51,452 nucleotides of DNA from an uncultured Rhodobacteraceae bacterium. GTDB taxonomy: Bacteria > Pseudomonadota > Alphaproteobacteria > Rhizobiales > Amorphaceae. Position numbers and translations under genes: made by a program. Position 1 is the first letter of the stretch, and the number at the start of each line of letters is the position of its first letter. Location of the stretch: positions 1-51,452 of the forward strand of contig CAKZYH010000535.1 of the NCBI GenBank assembly GCA_937884725.1, given 5' to 3'. The notes beneath the pieces were generated by a model, which saw nothing but the letters and a program-made list of their open reading frames with translations, was not told the DNA's origin and ran no database searches. Of this stretch, positions 46,862 to 51,452 are shown piece after piece.

Positions 46862-47559
46862 GCTTCGTCCACCGGCCTCGGTACGAGTTTGTAGCCGCCG
46901 CCTTCGGTGACCAACAGCTCCGCCATGGCGGGGTTGCGCTCCATTTTCTGGCGCAGCCGGTAGATGTGCGTCTCCAAAGTGTGGGTGGTGACGCCCGAGT
47001 TGTAGCCCCAGACCTCGTGGAGGAGCACATCGCGCGTCACGGGGCGTTCGTTGGCCCTGTAGAGGTATTTGAGGATGGAGGTCTCTTTCTCGGTGAGCCG
47101 CACGCGCTTGCCGTTGTCCTCCAGGAGGAGTTTGGCGGCCGGCTTGAACGTGTAGTGGCCGATCACGAAGGTGGCGTCTTCGCTCTGGTCGAATTGACGC
47201 AGGTGGGCGCGGATGCGCGCCAGAAGGACCGCGAACCGGAAGGGTTTGGTCACGTAATCGTTGGCGCCGGCTTCCAGGCCGACGATGGCGTCGGCATCGG
47301 TGGTGTGACCGGTCAGCATGATGATTGGGGCCTTGAAGCCCTCGGAGCGCAGTAGGCGGACGGCTTCGCGGCCGTCCAAATCCGGCAGCCCGACGTCGAC
47401 GATCGCGAGCGCAATGTCGTTATCGCGGGCGGCTTTTATGCCTTCTGTGGCGGTCGCCCCGGTGACGACCTCGAACTCTTTGTAAAGGGCGAGCTGATCG
47501 ACCAAGCCTTCGCGCAGGTCTTCATCATCGTCCACGACAAGTATGGTGCGTGTGCTCAC
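46858..47559 (-). CDS. OmpR-family response regulator (no kinase in the window)
   Basis: ILVVDDD, VDVGLPD, IMLT, GANDYVTKPF, winged helix VWGY..THTLETHIYRLRQK. Confidence 0.92.
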   Translation of the reverse strand: MSTRTILVVDDDEDLREGLVDQLALYKEFEVVTGATATEGIKAARDNDIALAIVDVGLPDLDGREAVRLLRSEGFKAPIIMLTGHTTDADAIVGLEAGANDYVTKPFRFAVLLARIRAHLRQFDQSEDATFVIGHYTFKPAAKLLLEDNGKRVRLTEKETSILKYLYRANERPVTRDVLLHEVWGYNSGVTTHTLETHIYRLRQKMERNPAMAELLVTEGGGYKLVPRPVDEA

Positions 47560-47590
47560 GGCTGTCGTCCTCGCATTTCGTCAACGGATG

Positions 47591-47616
47591 CCTAGAGTGG
47601 GGATGTCCACTCTAGG
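47591..47616. repeat. Perfect 10-bp inverted repeat in the divergent promoter region
   Basis: CCTAGAGTGG-GGATGT-CCACTCTAGG. Confidence 0.7.
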
Positions 47617-47621
47617 TTACG

Positions 47622-48230
47622 ATGCGCCCGTCAACACGAATCTGCGCGAGAAACATGAACTCATTGTGTTTGCCAAGTCATCGCCTGAAATCCCATGGGC
47701 GGTCGCGTGCGAAAAGACGGCCCTCTTTGGTGCGGGCCAGCCCGCTGTCGCGCCATCAGGGGCTGGTATCGCGGGAGGGGAAGGTGATGCGGTGTGCGCT
47801 CGGGCGGTCGGGGCTTGCTGCGCTGAAGCGCGAGGGCGATGGGGCGACGCCGCGGGCGCGGGTGGTGCCGGTTTTGATGCTGAGGCGGGGTGCGCCGGGA
47901 CGATACGGCATTGCTGAGCGCCGGATTCGGCCGCGTGACGGATGGTGTGATGATGCGGGGTCGGCGGGTTATAATCTGCCGTGCGCTGCCGGGATCGCTG
48001 CGTCCCACGAGCGGCTGTGGCGCGATGATGCGCTATACGATTTTTGCGTGGTGACCGATCACAACCAGCGGCCGCGGGTGCGCGGTGCGGGGTCGGCGAT
48101 TTTCGTTCACGTGGCGCGTCCGGCGCTGAGCGCGACGGAGGGGTGTTTGGCATTTCCGATGAAAGCCTGGCGCGCGGGCCAGGTGGCGATGGCGCCTTGG
48201 CTGATTGGGTCGGACCCGCGTCCGGTATGA
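47622..48230 (+). CDS. L,D-transpeptidase family (YkuD-like) protein; start uncertain
   Basis: CALGRSG, KREGDGATP, GWCDD, ERLWRDD, GSAIFVH..TEGC. Confidence 0.82.
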   Translation: MRPSTRICARNMNSLCLPSHRLKSHGRSRAKRRPSLVRASPLSRHQGLVSREGKVMRCALGRSGLAALKREGDGATPRARVVPVLMLRRGAPGRYGIAERRIRPRDGWCDDAGSAGYNLPCAAGIAASHERLWRDDALYDFCVVTDHNQRPRVRGAGSAIFVHVARPALSATEGCLAFPMKAWRAGQVAMAPWLIGSDPRPV

Positions 48231-49066
48231 TCGCGTTTCGCAAAATGAATGGGCTCGGCAATGACTTTGCCGTCGTCGATGGGCGTAAGGCGGCGGTGGA
48301 CCTGTCGTCGGAGCGGATTGCCGCCTTGGGGAACCGCCAGACCGGGATTGGGTTTGACCAGTTCATCACGCTTGCGCCCGCCAGGGGCGGCGAAGATGCG
48401 CTGATGGTGATTCACAACTCCGATGGGGGTGAGGTGGAATCGTGTGGCAACGCGGCGCGCTGTGTCGCGGCGCTGTTGCTGGAGGAAACCGGCCGCGAGG
48501 AGGTTCACATTGGCTCTGCCGGGGGCGCGATGCGGGCTTGGCGGAACGGCCATGGCATTTCGGTGGACATGGGCGTGCCGCGCTTCGATGCGGCGAGCAT
48601 TCCCCTCGCCGATCCGGCGGCGGACGCCCAGGCGCTGCTTTTGACCGATCCTGTGTTGCGCGCCTTTGGGCCGGCGGCGTGTGCGAACGTTGGCAATCCC
48701 CATGCGGTGTTTTGGGTGGATGACGTCGAGGCCGTGGACCTTCTGCGGGTGGGACCGTTGGCTGAGGTGGATCCGGTGTTTCCGGAGAAGGCCAACATTT
48801 CGTTTGTCGAGATCGCGGATCCGGCTCGCGTGCGCGCGAGGGTGTGGGAACGCGGTGCTGGGGCGACGCGGGCTTGTGGCACTGCGGCCTGTGCCATCGG
48901 CGCTGTCGGCCACTTTACGGGCCGGCTCGCGGCAACGGTTGAGGTGACTTTGCCCGGCGGGCCGCTGTCCATCGATGTCAGCAGCGGGCGCATTGTGATG
49001 ACGGGCGACTATGCGCTCGACTGGACGGGGACGATCACAGCCGATGGGTACTCGCGCGACGCCTAG
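48227..49066 (+). CDS. dapF: Diaminopimelate epimerase
   Basis: FRKMNGLGNDF, GIGFDQ, ESCGNAARC, NVGNPH, WERGAG.TRACGT; ATGA overlap with the upstream gene. Confidence 0.95.
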   Translation: MIAFRKMNGLGNDFAVVDGRKAAVDLSSERIAALGNRQTGIGFDQFITLAPARGGEDALMVIHNSDGGEVESCGNAARCVAALLLEETGREEVHIGSAGGAMRAWRNGHGISVDMGVPRFDAASIPLADPAADAQALLLTDPVLRAFGPAACANVGNPHAVFWVDDVEAVDLLRVGPLAEVDPVFPEKANISFVEIADPARVRARVWERGAGATRACGTAACAIGAVGHFTGRLAATVEVTLPGGPLSIDVSSGRIVMTGDYALDWTGTITADGYSRDA

Positions 49067-50307
49067 CGGTCGGCGCGGGCGAGGAGGGTGTGGAGGAGGA
49101 CGTTCACCGCGGTGACGGTGGTGTCCTTGTCGCAATGCTCGGCCTCGTTGTGGGTGATGCCGTCGCGGCAAGGGCAGAAGATCATGCCGGCGGGAGCAAC
49201 GCCTGCGACCATGTAGGCGTCGTGGCCGGCCTCGCTGAGGAGATCCATGGTTGGATGGCCGAGGCGCGCTGCGGTGTCGCGGACGAGGTTCACGCACTCG
49301 GCGTCAAAAATGTCGCCGCCAAAGCCCCAACGCTCTTCGATGGTGATCTCGCAGCGCGAGGCGTCGGCGGCCACAGCGACGGCGCGTTCGAACTCGGCGA
49401 GCATGGCGGCCGCGGCCGCTTTGTCGGGGTGGCGCATATCGGCGTAGAGCATCGCTTCGTTGGACAGGATGCCCGGAAGGTTTGGCGAGACGTCGAGCCG
49501 GGTGGAGGTGGACTTGCCGGCGGGGGCGTATCGCCAGCCTATATCGTCGAGGGCGACGATCATGCGCGCTGCGGCGACGAGGGCGTTTTTGCGCTTCAGC
49601 ATCGGTGTGGGGCCAGCGTGGGCGTGCTCGCCGCGAACGCTGAGGCGCAGGCCATGGCTGTGAACGCCGCCTGTGACGACACCGACCGCGATGCCGGCAG
49701 CATCGAGGGCGGGGCCCTGCTCGATGTGGAGTTCAAAATAGGAATCGATCGGGAAGCCCACCGGCGCGTCGCCCGCGTAGCCGATCTTCGCGAGCGCTTC
49801 GCCGAACGTGACCCCGTCCTTGTCGGGGCGGGCGAGGCCCCATGCGGTGTCGTGAACACCGGCAAACACGGACGAGGCGGACATAGGCGGGGCGAAGCGG
49901 GCGCCTTCCTCGTTGGACCAGTTGGCGACGACGATGGGGCGGCGGGGGCGGATGTTGCGGTCGGCGAGGGTTCTGACCGCTTCGAGCGCGCCAAGGACGC
50001 CGACGATGCCGTCGTATTTGCCGCCGGCGATTTGCGTATCGAGGTGGCTGCCGGTGAGGACGGGCGGAAGGTCCTCCTGGCCGTCATATCGGGCGAACAT
50101 GTTGCCCAGGTGATCGACGGTGAGGGTGAGGCCGGCGTCGCTGCACAGCTTGGCGAAGTAGTTGCGGACCTCACCGTCGGCGGCTGAGAGGGCGAGGCGC
50201 GACAAGCCGCCGGCGACGCCGGGGCCGTAGGCGGCCGATGCCATGACGGTGTCCCAAAAGCGGTCGGCGTCGATGGCAAGGTTTTGGGGCGTCTGATGTG
50301 CTGTCAT
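49063..50307 (-). CDS. Zn-dependent N-carbamoyl-amino acid/allantoate amidohydrolase (M20 family)
   Basis: GSHLD, GKYDG, NEEGARF, ELHIEQG, HAGPTPM, AGHDA, GITHN; start re-assigned to MTAHQ. Confidence 0.9.
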   Translation of the reverse strand: MTAHQTPQNLAIDADRFWDTVMASAAYGPGVAGGLSRLALSAADGEVRNYFAKLCSDAGLTLTVDHLGNMFARYDGQEDLPPVLTGSHLDTQIAGGKYDGIVGVLGALEAVRTLADRNIRPRRPIVVANWSNEEGARFAPPMSASSVFAGVHDTAWGLARPDKDGVTFGEALAKIGYAGDAPVGFPIDSYFELHIEQGPALDAAGIAVGVVTGGVHSHGLRLSVRGEHAHAGPTPMLKRKNALVAAARMIVALDDIGWRYAPAGKSTSTRLDVSPNLPGILSNEAMLYADMRHPDKAAAAAMLAEFERAVAVAADASRCEITIEERWGFGGDIFDAECVNLVRDTAARLGHPTMDLLSEAGHDAYMVAGVAPAGMIFCPCRDGITHNEAEHCDKDTTVTAVNVLLHTLLARADR

Positions 50308-50445
50308 TGCTGCAGCTTGTCCGGCTGGGCAGGAGCGCGCAACCCGTGAGGTCGCGCGGTCCAGATCCGCACCCATTGGGGGCGACAGCCGCTGGTCGCG
50401 TGTTAGAAGCGCTGCGACAAGAATACGAAGCGGGGAGGTTTGTCC

Positions 50446-51195
50446 GTGAACAAGTACGACTATGAGGGCCAGGTGGCGGTGGTCACTGGCGGCGCCAATG
50501 GGATTGGCGCGGCGGTGGCGCAGCGCATCATTGAAAGCGGCGGCAAGGTCGCCGTGTGGGACATGGACATCGCGAGCCCCGAACAGCGTGTTGCGCAGTT
50601 TGCACCTGACCGCTGCCGTTTGTTTGCCACCGATGTCAGCGATTTTGACAGCGTCACCTCCGCGCTCGCTGCCACCAACGACGCGTTTGGTGCCGTGAGC
50701 GTTTTGGTGAATAGCGCGGGGATTGCCGGACCGACGCACGATGTTGTCGGCTATCCTGTCGATGCATGGCGCAGGGTTCAGGCGATCAACACCGACGGGA
50801 CCTTCCACTGCTGCAAGGCGGTGGTGCCTGGGATGGTCGCCGCGAACTATGGGCGGATCGTCAACATTGCGTCCATTGCCGGCAAAGAGGGGAACCCCAA
50901 TGCGTCGGCCTACTCTGCGTCTAAGGCGGCGGTGATTGGGCTTACCAAGTCGCTCGGCAAGGAACTCGCGGCGTACAATATTGCGGTCAACACCGTGACG
51001 CCTGCGACGGCGCAGACGCGGATCTTGGAGCAGGTCACCGAAGAGTTCATCGAGTACATGCGCAGCAAGATCCCGCGGGGCCGGTTTGTCACCGTGGAGG
51101 AGATTGCGAGCATGATCATGTTCATCGCGTCGGCCGAAAACTCCTTCACCACCGGCGCTGTGTTCGACCTGTCTGGCGGGCGGGCGACGTACTAG
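50446..51195 (+). CDS. SDR family oxidoreductase
   Basis: TGGANGIG, NSAG, AGKEGNPN, YSASK, C-terminal GGRATY; GGGAGG RBS. Confidence 0.9.
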   Translation: MNKYDYEGQVAVVTGGANGIGAAVAQRIIESGGKVAVWDMDIASPEQRVAQFAPDRCRLFATDVSDFDSVTSALAATNDAFGAVSVLVNSAGIAGPTHDVVGYPVDAWRRVQAINTDGTFHCCKAVVPGMVAANYGRIVNIASIAGKEGNPNASAYSASKAAVIGLTKSLGKELAAYNIAVNTVTPATAQTRILEQVTEEFIEYMRSKIPRGRFVTVEEIASMIMFIASAENSFTTGAVFDLSGGRATY

Positions 51196-51218
51196 CAGCG
51201 TGAGCTGGGGAGGCGACG

Positions 51219-51452
51219 ATGGCTAGGATTACGCTCTGGGGCTTTTCCGGCTCCACCTACGTGCGGACCGTGCGGATGGTGCTGCACGATAAGGGAGTCA
51301 CCGACTACGAGCAGGTGCCGATCAACGTCTTGCAGGGTGAGCCGCGGACGGTGGAGCACCTGCAGCGGCATCCGTTTGGCAAGGTGCCGGTGGTGGATGT
51401 GGATGGGTTTCGCGTTCTGGAGACGCGGGCGATCTGCGGGTACCTTAATGCG
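51219..51452 (+). CDS. Glutathione S-transferase family protein (5' part only)
   Basis: Not in the ORF track. Hand translation gives MARITLWGFSGSTYVRTVRMVL...HLQRHPFGKVPV..DGFRVLETRAI; GGGAGG RBS. Confidence 0.88.
   Translation, partial: MARITLWGFSGSTYVRTVRMVLHDKGVTDYEQVPINVLQGEPRTVEHLQRHPFGKVPVVDVDGFRVLETRAICGYLNA

Noticed and set aside
49063-49066. dapF and the amidohydrolase share a CTAG for both stop codons
   Set aside because: Common 4-bp convergent overlap with no further evidence of function.
380-50808. Many long antisense or alternate-frame ORFs (e.g. 380-1441, 17774-19249, 44439-45797, 48107-49297)
   Set aside because: They are shadows of well-supported genes in GC-rich DNA, with Arg/Pro/Ala-rich composition and no family motifs.
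51219-51452. GST as the missing maleylacetoacetate isomerase
   Set aside because: It lacks the zeta-class RSS(A/C)..RVRIAL motif and lies more than 13 kb from the hppD-hmgA operon.
1-51452. CRISPR arrays, tRNA/rRNA, transposases, integrases, phage or defence genes
   Set aside because: No regularly spaced repeats, RNA gene signatures or mobile-element ORFs were seen; intergenic gaps are all short.

Overview
High-GC alphaproteobacterial (Hyphomicrobiales-like) chromosomal segment dominated by nitrogen acquisition. (1) 1-17.6 kb is an uncharacterised organic-N catabolic region. Back-to-back sigma54 promoters point into a leftward operon (creatininase-like hydrolase, urea-carboxylase-type ABC transporter, two SDRs, DUF1989, AhpD-like protein) and a rightward type III glutamine-synthetase-like ligase. 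Next come a BtpA/SgcQ + atypical PRTase + Rieske oxygenase unit and a divergent polyamine-type ABC transporter with a cytosine-deaminase-like enzyme, a polysaccharide-deacetylase-like hydrolase and a ureohydrolase. (2) 17.6-34.2 kb is a mosaic assimilatory nitrate cluster: nirA, a CysJ-like diflavin reductase, nasT/nasS, nrtAB plus fused nrtCD, a tandem-GAF protein, a NirB truncated after its flavin domain, nasA and cysG, with visible ANTAR-type leader RNAs. (3) 34.2-51.5 kb holds hppD-hmgA-FAH, a GabD-like dehydrogenase, an MFS pump, a type I secretion ABC/MFP pair, a GGDEF-degenerate EAL protein, a response regulator, an L,D-transpeptidase, dapF, a Zn amidohydrolase, an SDR and a partial GST. 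No rRNA, tRNA, CRISPR array or mobile element was seen. All calls come from reading motifs by eye; no database search was run.
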